Positions 32,477 to 42,507 of a stretch of DNA of 64,000 nucleotides are shown here, one piece after another. Every line of letters starts with the position of its first letter. Positions within the stretch are counted from its first letter, which is position 1. The stretch spans positions 1-64,000 of the forward strand of contig CAWBKB010000005.1 of NCBI GenBank assembly GCA_963789265.1. Direction: 5' to 3'. The translations under genes were made by a program, and so were the position numbers. The notes beneath the pieces are model-generated. The model saw only the letters and a list, made by a program, of their open reading frames with translations, had not been told where the DNA came from and did no database searches. Source of the DNA: an uncultured delta proteobacterium (GTDB lineage: Bacteria; Desulfobacterota; Desulfomonilia; Desulfomonilales; Desulfomonilaceae).

Positions 32477-32777
32477 TGACGTCCGTTACGACAGTTATAG
32501 CAGAAGGAAACCGTTCACTGCGGAGATCGCAGAGGATTTTGTTTTGTGTGGATTTGTCTCAGAACCACAGTGCATGCGGATCTGTCAAAAGGCAAACGAA
32601 CCTCGCATTAATGCACATCTCGCTGGATTGTGCCTCAGCGTATAAGATATTTTTGGTCTCTGCGTTTTCTGCGCATCCCGCGTCTCGCGGGACGGTGAAA
32701 CTTCACTAGAGGTGGACGGTTACAGTGGAAGCTAAGCTTACTCTCAAGATGCATCGCCTTTAAGGCTGGAGGCAATC

Positions 32778-34458
32778 ATGGCATATACGCCGGAATTGAT
32801 GGCGCTAATTAAAAAAGTTGAGAAAACCCGCCCCGAAAGGGTAGCTCGCAAAAAGGCGGGGCAGGAGTTTCCCGCCCTCACCCTGGAAGATCGCCGAATA
32901 CGGTTGGAAAAATACCATCCGGACTTCAGATCCGACGCGCTCCGGGATTTGAAGGTGGGGCCGAGCAAGGGCTATGCAGTAGCACAGGAGATCGCCGACA
33001 CCTTTGAGGCCCGCAGTAGGGTAGACCCTGACAAGATCGACTTGAATGAGGTCCATTACGAAACGGACGTCCTGGTGATCGGCGGAGGAGGGGCGGGAAC
33101 CGCGGCTGCCTTGATTGCTCAAGAGCATGGATCGCGGGTCATCATAGCGACTAAACTTCGACACGGCGATGCCAACACCATGATGGCCGAAGGCGGCATC
33201 CAGGCGGCTACCAAGGGCTGGAAAGATTCACCCTATTACCATTACCTGGATGTAATGGGAGGCGGGCACTTCGAGAACGACACGGCATTGGTCAAGACAA
33301 TGGTAACGGAAGCGCCCAAGGTTATAGGCTGGCTGGAACGTCTTGGTTGCATGTTCAATAAGTGGGATGACGGCAAGCTCTTCACGCTTCACGGGGCCGG
33401 CACATGCCGTAAGAGAATGCACTATGCCGGAGATATGACCGGCGCAGAAATCATGAGGACCCTTCGGGATGAGGCTCGCAATCGTGTCAGCCATATTGGG
33501 GTCCTGGAGTTTTCACCGGCCGTGGAACTGCTCATGGACGACAAAGGCCGGTGTTCCGGAGCGGTATTGTACAACCTCGAGACCGAAGAGTATTTTTTAG
33601 TAAAGGCCAAGGCCGTTGTCATGGCCACCGGCGGGTTCGGGCCGTCTTCACATGCAAGGGTTTATGACTACAAACCATTACGGCGCGACCGGCGATGGTC
33701 TAGTCATGGGATACCGTCTGGGCGTGGAAGTTCGCTTTCTTCATGCCACCCAATACCATCCGACAGGCGCAGTTTTCCCCGAGCAGGCTGAAGGGTTGCT
33801 GATTACTGAAAAGGTTCGAGGTGCAGGCGCGAACCTTGTGAATATCGATGGTGAACAGTTCGTTTTCGAGCGTGAACCGCGGGATATCGAATCATCGAGC
33901 ATAATTCGTGAATGCACAAAGGTCGGCAAAGGCGTTCCGGTTCCGGGACAAGCAAACAAATTCGGAGTGTGGCTGGACTCGCCGATGATCGAGATGCTGG
34001 AAGATAAAGGGACCGTGGAGCGGGAATTTCCGGCCAAGTTCATCCTGTTCAAACGGTACGGGATTGACATCTCGAAGCTTCCGATGCTGATCTATCCCAC
34101 TCTCCACTATCAGAATGGCGGTCTTGCTTACAACTCCGACGGGACCACCACAGTGCCGGGCTTCTTTGTCGCGGGTGAGGTAGGCGGCGGCGTTCATGGG
34201 GCCAACCGGCTCATGGGAAATTCGCTGCTGGACATCACTGTTTTCGGAAGGCTCGCTGGTGAAAGTGCAGGCAAATATGCCGGTGAACGCGCCGACATCG
34301 GCACACTCAGTGTGGAGCACGTCAGAAGGTTCCACAAAGAACTCGAAGAAGCAGGAATCGTAACGGACAGAGTTTCTCCCATGGTGTTGCCGGATTATGG
34401 GAACCCCGAGGTTAAAAAGAGACAGTGGACCACCACCTACGTGGGGACAGTTCGGTAG
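32778..34458 (+). CDS. FrdA/SdhA/NadB-family flavoprotein, frameshifted near 33640
   Basis: VIGGGGAG, NTMMAEGGI, MATGGFG|RL, QYHPTG, LITEKVRG, LHYQNGG, HGANRLMGNSL. Confidence 0.9.
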
Positions 34459-34691
34459 GACCGATCTCCCACAGACCGCAACATGCCGACCATTGGCCTT
34501 GGTTCAGTGTGGTGGCTCTCGAATGAATAGTCGTTATACACCATGCACACTGACAGAGAGTTTAGGTTGGTGGGACAGGCTTCCAGCCTGTCGCTGACGG
34601 ACGGGCAGGATGCCCGTCGCCACCAAAACATTTTCTTTTTCCGCAACTACTTTTGGGGATTCGCTTAAGCAAAGTTGAGATCGTTACAGTA

Positions 34692-35228
34692 ATGCGTGAA
34701 CCAGAAAAGCCCAGCACCCTACACCGAATAGGTGAATACTTCAGCCACCTGCGGGATCCGTCTCCGTACTGGAGAGTTCAGGCTGCCGCGTGGGGGATCA
34801 TTCTAGTTGTCGCCGTAGTCGGAGGCGTGCTCTTCGCTTTTCTGGCGCTTTCTTCAGTCTTAGGAGGCGGGAACATATACTACCGGGCCGTAGGCTCGCC
34901 CGGTCCCGTGGTATTCCGGCACTACAGTCATATCTGGTTCAAGAACGGCAAGTACAAAGACTGTAAGACCTGCCACGATTCCATTTTCGCCACCCAAAAG
35001 TACGGCACCTTCGTGCTCAGGGCATTGAAGGATTCTCCACTCAAAAAAATCCACATAGGGCGGGATGTCTCGACTCTGTACGATCCGGGTTCGGCACCTG
35101 TCGATCTGGCTTCCCTGGCGAGTTACAGCGTGCCGAGAGCCTGTGCAACTTGCGCTACCGGTAAATGCCACGACGGCAAAGAATCTTTTAGCAGATTGGA
35201 GTGCCTGAAATGCCATCAAGCGCACTAG
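34692..35228 (+). CDS. Membrane-anchored c7/c3-like cytochrome c (2-3 hemes)
   Basis: TM; VVFRHYSH; CKTCH; atypical CATCATGKCH; CLKCH. Confidence 0.8.
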   Translation: MREPEKPSTLHRIGEYFSHLRDPSPYWRVQAAAWGIILVVAVVGGVLFAFLALSSVLGGGNIYYRAVGSPGPVVFRHYSHIWFKNGKYKDCKTCHDSIFATQKYGTFVLRALKDSPLKKIHIGRDVSTLYDPGSAPVDLASLASYSVPRACATCATGKCHDGKESFSRLECLKCHQAH

Positions 35229-35265
35229 GTATTCCATTAATCTAGGATGAGAGCCCATATTTCAA

Positions 35266-36024
35266 ATGAGTAAGACTCTTGTGACACAAGGCGGTGTGAT
35301 TCAATCAACGGAGGAAAGACCCAAAGGCATCGCTTCAGGCAGCGCGGCCGACATGTCCAAACCGAAGCGCTGGGGAATGCTGGTGGATCAGCGGAGGTGC
35401 ATAGGCTGCCATAGCTGCACCATCGCTTGCAAGAGCGAAAACAATGTCCCACTGGGGTTCTGGCGCTCATGGGTGAAGGGCATACAAAAGGGGCGCTTCC
35501 CGGACGTTTCCAACCAATTCCTCCGGCGCCTCTGCAACCAGTGCGATGCCCCCCCTTGTGTGCAGGTTTGCCCTGTTCAGGCTACGGTAAGGAGAGAAGA
35601 AGACGGCGTAGTGGTCATGTACTACGGAAAATGCATCGGCTGCGGAATGTGCATCGCCGCATGCCCGTACGACGCCCGGTTCTTTAACCCCATTCGTAAT
35701 ACGGCGGAAAAATGCGATTTTTGCGCACCGCGGATAGATGCGGGACTCCAGCCCGCGTGCGTGGAGGCGTGTGTGTCCGGCGCTCTCGTGTTCGGAAATC
35801 TGGACGATCCTTCGAGCGAGATCTCACGGAAGCTTGTGTCCCTGGGAACGACTGTCCTCAAGCCGGAACTGGGGACCAGGCCCAAGGTATTTTATGTGGC
35901 TGCGGATCACCAGTTGCAGGGGAGAATCAGCTTCTCGGACGATTTCAAAACGGAAATACTCGAATACAGGCGGAGCATCCCAAGTCCTGACGCCTCGTAC
36001 TGGAAGAAAGAGGAAGCCAAATAA
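35266..36024 (+). CDS. Four-cluster Fe-S subunit (TtrB/PsrB/NrfC family)
   Basis: CIGCHSCTIAC, CNQCDAPPCVQVCP, CIGCGMCIAACPY, KCDFC...PACVEAC, GTRPKVFY. Confidence 0.92.
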   Translation: MSKTLVTQGGVIQSTEERPKGIASGSAADMSKPKRWGMLVDQRRCIGCHSCTIACKSENNVPLGFWRSWVKGIQKGRFPDVSNQFLRRLCNQCDAPPCVQVCPVQATVRREEDGVVVMYYGKCIGCGMCIAACPYDARFFNPIRNTAEKCDFCAPRIDAGLQPACVEACVSGALVFGNLDDPSSEISRKLVSLGTTVLKPELGTRPKVFYVAADHQLQGRISFSDDFKTEILEYRRSIPSPDASYWKKEEAK

Positions 36025-36915
36025 ATGGACACAGTGGTTCTCTATAACGTGCCCCATGCAATCCCCTGGAAGATCTACATTCCGCTGTACTTCTACTTTA
36101 CAGGGTTGTCTGCGGGTTCGTTTATTCTCTCCACGCTCTCCACGGTGTTCAAAATTAAGCGCTTCAAGCCGATGGCTCTCCCCGCGGCAATTATCTCGTT
36201 TCTGCTGCTGCTGCTCGCACCTGCCTGTCTTATCCTCGACCTGCATCAGCCCACTCGATTCTGGCACACTCTGGTCCCTGGATATTTCAACAACACTTCC
36301 GCCCTGTCTTACGGGTCCTGGCTTTTGACGGCTTATCCTATTGCCAATCTCATATACATCTATTTCATTTTCGTGAAAAACGATCGGGTGACCAGAATAC
36401 TAGGGATGTTAACCGTCCCGTTGGCCATTTTCGTTCACGCATACACCGGCTTCGCTTTCGCTCTGGTGAGAGCGCGCGCGTGGTGGCATTCCGCGCTTAT
36501 GCCGGGCTATTTTCTTACGTCTGCGCTTCTTTCGGGCATTGCGCTACTCGCTGTGGTGGCCCTGATCATGGACCGATACCGTCAGGAAAAGTTGGACCCG
36601 GAATTGTATTCGAGTCTTCGCGTCATGATGATCGGGATCTTGCTGGTGGACCTGTTTTGGAACGGGAGCTTCTGGTTGACGCTGCTGGTATCGAACGCTG
36701 ACGGGCACGCGTCCATTCTTATGGCACTGCATGAAAAGCTTTATCTATGGGGCGAGGTTGTATCCGGCATGCTTATCCCGCTCACGATTCTTACCCTTCC
36801 GCGAACCGGGAAACAGAAGGTGTGGCTTTGCGTGGCTTCGCTGCTAATCATTGGGGGAGTGTTTCTAATGAGATACTCGGTAGTATTTATAGGCTTTGAC
36901 ATACCGCTAAGCTGA
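36025..36915 (+). CDS. NrfD/PsrC/TtrC-family membrane anchor
   Basis: PWKIYIPLYFYFTGLSAG, LILDLHQPTRF, HAYTG, final TM with MRY; ~8 TMs. Confidence 0.92.
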   Translation: MDTVVLYNVPHAIPWKIYIPLYFYFTGLSAGSFILSTLSTVFKIKRFKPMALPAAIISFLLLLLAPACLILDLHQPTRFWHTLVPGYFNNTSALSYGSWLLTAYPIANLIYIYFIFVKNDRVTRILGMLTVPLAIFVHAYTGFAFALVRARAWWHSALMPGYFLTSALLSGIALLAVVALIMDRYRQEKLDPELYSSLRVMMIGILLVDLFWNGSFWLTLLVSNADGHASILMALHEKLYLWGEVVSGMLIPLTILTLPRTGKQKVWLCVASLLIIGGVFLMRYSVVFIGFDIPLS

Positions 36916-36936
36916 CATGCACAAGTTGAGAAAAAC

Positions 36937-39243
36937 ATGGCTGATGTGACCCGACGAGAATTTCTTCGCCTTGCCGCCTTGATGGGAGGCGCATCCCTAT
37001 TCGCGGGATGCAGTTTCTTTAAAGAGGCCGCGACCGTTCCTGAATATATCGAGGGTGCTCCAGGTGTAGACCCTCTGGAAACCCTCCCTGGCGTAAGAAA
37101 TATCTATACTGTCTGCGGGCTCTGCGCGGGAAACTGCGGGATTTGTTGCAGGGTGGCGCAGGAAACTCTGGTCAAGATCGGCGGCAATCCCTATCACCCT
37201 GTGTCTGCTAACCCCTGCCTCCCCTTTGAAACTCCGCTTAATAAGGCCGCTATACAAAGCGGTAGCGTGTGCGCGGTAGGCGGCAGCGGTATTCAGACAC
37301 TTTACGATCCTTTCAGGATCGCTCGGCCCCTGAAGCGAGTGGGACCGAGAGGCTCGGGAAAGTGGACCGGGATATCCTGGAATCAGGCGCTGACGGAAAT
37401 ATTGGAAGCCGGGGACTTGTTCGGTGAGGGTAATCTGGTCGGTCTCCGTGGGATCAGGCGACAGGAAGGGGGGCTAAAGTTCCTTGCCGGCAGAGCTGAC
37501 TGGGGCGCGCTTACGTTTATAAAGAGATTCTTATCAGGATTTCCCGGCGCAGCGCTGGTTCGCGATGATGAATCTCAAGTGATGGACGCCTCACGCATAA
37601 TTGCGGAACAGGTATTCGGGCCTGGCAAAGGCTCTGTTGATGCGGACTACAGGACCGCTAGCGTGTTGATCAGTTTCGGAGATGCCCCGCTCGACTCCGG
37701 ACTTCCTCTCGCCCTTCCGGCCAGGCAAATTGCAGATGCGAGAGTCAACGGGCCGTGCTTACGTTGGGCCGTGGTGGACCCAAGACTTTCCACCTCCGCG
37801 TCAAAGGCGGACTTATGGATACCGGTCATCCCGGGTAAGGATCATGCCCTGGCTTTGGGGATCATGCGATCTCTCCTGGAACGATATTCCGGAAACGTCC
37901 GGCAACCGGAAGAGAGTCTCACCAACAAAGTTAGGAATGGAACTGTCGAAAGCTACGCAGCGGAATGCGGCATCCCGCGGAGCGTCATCGACAGAATGGC
38001 CGACCTCCTCATCGAAGGCGGCGAGCGTTCCGCGGCAATTCCCGGAAGAGGCATCCTGGCAGGTGCGAACGGGAAAGAAGCCGCGTTGGCTATACTTACT
38101 CTCAACCTGATGGTTGGCTCTGTACCCGGTTCAGGAGGACTTGCTCACAGGAAAGACGATTTTCTCGACCTAGCTTATAGTAAAGTTATGGCCGGGTATG
38201 AATTCAAGGAGCAGGCGCAGACCGACGGCCTATCATCAAAAGCCTTGTTTTTGTGGAACGCGGACCCGGTTTACGATGATCCTGCCATGTCCTCAACATT
38301 AAGAGACAAAGGAGAAGTGCCGCTCTTCGTGGGCATTGATCGACAAATCACCGAAACCACCGCGCTGGCGGACTATATCCTCCCCGACACCACTTATCTT
38401 GAAAGGTGGGATGTCTGTGTCTCGCCACCTTCGGTCACAACGGAAGGGTTCGGTGTGCGCCGTCCTGTAGTGGGGGTGGTTGACCCCAAGACCGGTAAGT
38501 ATTTTCCTGTTCTCTCCGAAACGAGACCGATGGAGGACATTCTTATAAGTTTGGCCGCACCGCTGAATCTGCCTGGTTTCGGTGAAAAAGGGATTGATTC
38601 GTCAGTTCCTCTGCGTACCGGCCGGGATTACTATACATGGTTGCTCTCGGTCATTTTGGGTACGATGAAAAACACGGGCTTGGATGTCTCACCTTCGTCC
38701 AAAGAAGTGGCCAAGGTTTTTGACAGGGGCGGCATCTTCCTATCCTCCAGGAGTTCATCGGTTTCGCCGAAGAGCAAGCCCGATACGGCTTCTCCTATCA
38801 AGCCACAGGAGCCTTTGGGCCGCATGTCATATCCGCCGTTACACTCCGGCGATGACCGGTTTGTCCTTATCACCTACACGTTACCGTTTCATCGAACTGC
38901 GTTATCCGGCATCAACAGTTGGCTCCTGGAAGTCATTCCTCAGAACAGGCTGGTAATCAATTCTCAAGATGCAGCCAAACTCAACATAGTTCAGGGCGGT
39001 TCCGTCTCTATTGAAACCATTGACGGAAAAGCCTCTTTGAAGTGCAAGGCCCAGGTTATGCCGGGGATTAGACCGGGGGTTGTGGCTTTGGCAAAGGGAT
39101 TCGGATATCGGCAGGCAGGTGTCGCGAGACAAATAATTAAGGGCATCGCCACTTCTGAGGATAAGACTCGCGGGGCCGGGGTCAATCCCTCGGTGCTTAT
39201 GCCAGGAAAAGCACCGATCAGGGTCAAAGTGAAACCCGTCTGA
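36937..39243 (+). CDS. Tat-exported molybdopterin oxidoreductase-family subunit, TtrA-like
   Basis: TRREFL with lipobox-like FAGC; CGLCAGNC...C; LKRVGPRGSGKW..ISW, GDLFGEG; ETTALADYILPDTTYLERWD; C-terminal molydop-binding domain. Confidence 0.88.
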   Translation: MADVTRREFLRLAALMGGASLFAGCSFFKEAATVPEYIEGAPGVDPLETLPGVRNIYTVCGLCAGNCGICCRVAQETLVKIGGNPYHPVSANPCLPFETPLNKAAIQSGSVCAVGGSGIQTLYDPFRIARPLKRVGPRGSGKWTGISWNQALTEILEAGDLFGEGNLVGLRGIRRQEGGLKFLAGRADWGALTFIKRFLSGFPGAALVRDDESQVMDASRIIAEQVFGPGKGSVDADYRTASVLISFGDAPLDSGLPLALPARQIADARVNGPCLRWAVVDPRLSTSASKADLWIPVIPGKDHALALGIMRSLLERYSGNVRQPEESLTNKVRNGTVESYAAECGIPRSVIDRMADLLIEGGERSAAIPGRGILAGANGKEAALAILTLNLMVGSVPGSGGLAHRKDDFLDLAYSKVMAGYEFKEQAQTDGLSSKALFLWNADPVYDDPAMSSTLRDKGEVPLFVGIDRQITETTALADYILPDTTYLERWDVCVSPPSVTTEGFGVRRPVVGVVDPKTGKYFPVLSETRPMEDILISLAAPLNLPGFGEKGIDSSVPLRTGRDYYTWLLSVILGTMKNTGLDVSPSSKEVAKVFDRGGIFLSSRSSSVSPKSKPDTASPIKPQEPLGRMSYPPLHSGDDRFVLITYTLPFHRTALSGINSWLLEVIPQNRLVINSQDAAKLNIVQGGSVSIETIDGKASLKCKAQVMPGIRPGVVALAKGFGYRQAGVARQIIKGIATSEDKTRGAGVNPSVLMPGKAPIRVKVKPV

Positions 39244-39366
39244 ATGAGACGGAAGGACTGTGCATCAGTCAGGAGGGGGTCTCAAAGAAATTGATTGAAC
39301 CCTTTTGCCGTTACGGCGCTCCAACATTTCATAAACAAAACGTAATTCTTCCATTAGGAGCAGCCT

Positions 39367-40011
39367 ATGATAATTCACGACATTTCTCTCCCCGTCTCGG
39401 AAGCGCTCGTAGTTTGGCCTGGAGATCCGGCGATTCACATCACTCAGCCCTCACGCTTGGACAAAGGTGACAAAGCCACCGTGAGCAGACTCGACATAGG
39501 TGCGCACACAGGAACCCACGTGGACGCGCCCTGCCATTTCATCCAAGGCGCTCCGGGGATAGACTCGTTGGATCTGAATACATTGATAGGCCGCGCGTTG
39601 GTTGTCGAAGTCGCTTCAAACGGAGCCATTTCGGCTGACGTGTTAGAGAAGCTTTCGATTCCTCCGGAAACCAGGCGGGTTCTCTTCCACACTCGAAACT
39701 CGGGGCTGTGGTCCACGGACAAACGAGCCTTTTCCAAAGACTTCGTCGGGATCCCCGAGGACGGTGCGCAATGGCTTGTGGACTTCGGAGTTCGACTCGT
39801 CGGTGTAGATTATCTTTCGGTGGCTCCGTTCGGCCAGTCAGGCCCCACGCACCGCGCTTTGCTGAATGCAGGGATCATCATTGTAGAAGGATTGAATCTG
39901 AGCGGGGTTCGAGCCGGTTTGTACACCCTGGCCTGCCTCCCCTTGAAGTTGGTCGGCCTCGACGGCTCACCCGCTCGGGCAATTCTCATCGAAGATGACA
40001 AGGACCTGTAA
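39367..40011 (+). CDS. Cyclase family (kynurenine formamidase-like) metal hydrolase
   Basis: HTGTHVDAPCH, GVDYLS, IVEGLNL, DGSPARA. Confidence 0.9.
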   Translation: MIIHDISLPVSEALVVWPGDPAIHITQPSRLDKGDKATVSRLDIGAHTGTHVDAPCHFIQGAPGIDSLDLNTLIGRALVVEVASNGAISADVLEKLSIPPETRRVLFHTRNSGLWSTDKRAFSKDFVGIPEDGAQWLVDFGVRLVGVDYLSVAPFGQSGPTHRALLNAGIIIVEGLNLSGVRAGLYTLACLPLKLVGLDGSPARAILIEDDKDL

Positions 40012-40081
40012 CGATCTCCTGCCGATTTGGGGACAAGGGGATCACGTGTCGTACCTGCGGCTGACACCGGCTTCGGAACCT

Positions 40082-41276
40082 TTACCGCTTGTGCATGACA
40101 ATCAGCGGATAAGCTCCGACTTTTCCTAAAAAGTGCGGGAATTTCTCTTCCAGGGAGAAAATAAAATTTAGTAGCCGGCCTCCGAATAGCCGGGGATGAA
40201 CTGTACACGCGTAGGAAAAGAACACTCACGCTACGCCACACCACAATGTCAAAATCACAGAATTTCCCAAGCTCTTCCTGAATTTTCCTGCGAGGATGGT
40301 GAAAAAAATACAAAGTAGGCTCGTTCTTGGCACTAACGGGCCTTTTCAGCCGCTTCCTCAATTGTCGTATCAGCCGCAACGGCCACCTGAGTATTGCTAA
40401 CGGGAGCATCGTTACCGTCATTAGCGGCGAGTACGATCCCCAAGAATAAACAATTGCTGCGGTGGCCCCTGGCTTCAATACCCTGTAGAGTTCCCGAAAG
40501 GCGCCAAACTGCTCTTGGGCCGGCACATGGTAAATAGTGTGGAGTGAGACCACGGCATCGACGCAGTTGTCAGCAAGTGGAAGATTGGTGATATTAGCTT
40601 GGACAAAAATCCCTTTGTCCCCAATCTTCCTGGAAGCTTCTCTGAGCGCCAGCAGCGATATGTCAATACAAATCCTGAAATCGTAATCATCGGAATAGGC
40701 AAGGTATTCCTCGTATTGTATGGGACCCGAGGCCGCATCTAGGATATATTTGCCGTTCTTTCGTATGTTTCTGGCCACTCGGAGATGACAATTTGAAATG
40801 TAGCCGTGCGACACCGAGCGAAGATCCTCAAACCGCGACGCATCGGAATATGTATTTTCGTCAATCTTCTTCCACCCTATGCGATCATAGAACTCTTGCA
40901 CTTCTTCCTTTGGGCGCGTCGGTATAGCTTTGTCATGCTGCGTCAACGAGTCACCTGACGCGAGTATCGCCTGGTCAGGCAGCATGCATAGAATACGGTG
41001 TTGTACTCGATAGATGAATCTGCCGTCGGCTGAAATCAAGCCGGCTTCAAGGCTTTCAAGCACCGGGGTGCCATCCAAGAATCGGCAGGTCCCCTTGGCA
41101 ATGAGCCGGTTCAGTTGCTCAATTTCCGGGAATTCAAGCGCACGCAACCTTTGTTTGCTTATCGGACACCTCAAAATGGCCAAATGCTCACGGACCGGCT
41201 CAAACATGTCCTTTTCTGTGAGACGACACGACCCGCCGAAGCTCACCCAACTACTGTCCGTGTGTTTCTCCGCCAT
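40082..41276 (-). CDS. Class I SAM methyltransferase with Trm112-like N-terminus; frameshifted near 40202
   Basis: LRCPISKQ.L, LDAASGP, ANITNLPL, ELYRVLKPG. The alternative frame gives ...GAYPLIVMHKR* at 40082 and removes the overlap with the cyclase gene. Confidence 0.8.
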
Positions 41277-41300
41277 TTCTCCTCCGGCCTGGTCTGATAC

Positions 41301-41376
41301 CAGTGCGCGATCGAACGGTGAACAATCAAGGGCATACAGCACGGATCTGACAAAGCCCAGATCCGTGGCACCCAGG
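41301..41376 (+). repeat. 76-bp dispersed repeat (copies at 4119-4194; partial inverted copy at 2191-2229)
   Basis: CAGTGC.CGATC.AACGGTGAACAATCAAGG..ATACAGCACGGATCTGACAAAGCCCAGATCCGTGGCACCCAGG. Confidence 0.9.
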
Positions 41377-41505
41377 ACCCGATCTTGACTGGATGTTGGG
41401 TGCCACTGACCTGAGCACCATCATGGCGCCAGGTCAGTGCCGTTTGCTATCGACCCATTCTCACTTGTTTGAAAGCGAATCGGTATCAATCATCTTCGGA
41501 GCCAA

Positions 41506-42507
41506 TCAGAATACAATTTGGCCGTAAGCGGCGATTGAGGCCTGGTCGGACCATACCTTTGACCCGTTGAAGGACAAATTAAGTTGAAATAGACTATTGC
41601 TTAAATTGTGATCGCCATCCGTCAACAATCTCTTAAAATCACCTTCGACCCCTGCACTCAAAACGCCTTTTCGGAACAAACCCATGCTAACATAGAAATG
41701 CCAGCAGTGTCCGCCGGTGTTCTCCGTGGTTACACGATCCCCGATACGTAAAAGATGAAGGTCTTCATTCTTCGCGTGGATTAGAGCATAATCCACTTCT
41801 AACTCCAAGTCGAGTGTCGGGAATATGCTCGAAGTGGGACCGAGATTGAAACTGGTATTGAAAACTCCGCCGAAATATACGTGATTGAATGTTTGCTTGA
41901 AATCTATTCCATCGCCGGGCAAATCCAGCACATTGCCCGCCAGATCAGCTTGAGCGCCGTCATGCGTGGTGAAGTAGAAATACTGATATCTGTATCCTAA
42001 GAGAGGCTTCACACTGGAAAATACCGTCCAGGGCATGCTTATTGCTAGGTATGTGTCAAAAAGCAGGCCTTTGTTCAATCTGCATGCTGACTCGCTGAAA
42101 ATGGTCTTCTGAGTGGGATCCGCATCATCATCCCAATCGCTGTCCTGCATCTTCAATCCGCTTTCACGGCTCAGATTGACCCACCCTTCGGCACGCGCCG
42201 CCCATAATCGCGTCTCATATTTTCCGGACAGCCCCAAGAACCACTGGTCAATGGGGAACTCCAAGCGGCTGAGAGGATCTTGGAAGGGCGGCAACGGATT
42301 GGAAAACTGATATGAAGTGTAGCTATTGATAAACTTCTTAATGCCGATCGCCGGAACCATACGCGGAGAACTATTGACTGCGTTTACGGCCTCAGAAGCG
42401 TAAAAACCGCCTAAGAGACTTGAAAGGCCCGCAGCACGACCGTGAGCGGGGACAAAACAACACGAAGCAAGAACAACAAAAGCCGCTACGACTCCTCGGA
42501 CAACCAT
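41506..42507 (-). CDS. Omptin-like outer-membrane beta-barrel protein
   Basis: Signal peptide; SRLEF and MQDSDW resemble the omptin S.LDW and M.D.DW motifs; D.H.LR; terminal Phe. Confidence 0.7.
   Translation of the reverse strand: MVVRGVVAAFVVLASCCFVPAHGRAAGLSSLLGGFYASEAVNAVNSSPRMVPAIGIKKFINSYTSYQFSNPLPPFQDPLSRLEFPIDQWFLGLSGKYETRLWAARAEGWVNLSRESGLKMQDSDWDDDADPTQKTIFSESACRLNKGLLFDTYLAISMPWTVFSSVKPLLGYRYQYFYFTTHDGAQADLAGNVLDLPGDGIDFKQTFNHVYFGGVFNTSFNLGPTSSIFPTLDLELEVDYALIHAKNEDLHLLRIGDRVTTENTGGHCWHFYVSMGLFRKGVLSAGVEGDFKRLLTDGDHNLSNSLFQLNLSFNGSKVWSDQASIAAYGQIVF

Noticed and set aside
36937..39243. Selenocysteine recoding in the redox cluster
   Set aside because: No in-frame TGA at ligand positions; the breaks in the cluster are frame changes, not stops.
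39810..40081. Antisense overlap of the methyltransferase ORF with the cyclase gene
   Set aside because: Artefact of the frameshift near 40202; the corrected frame stops at 40082.
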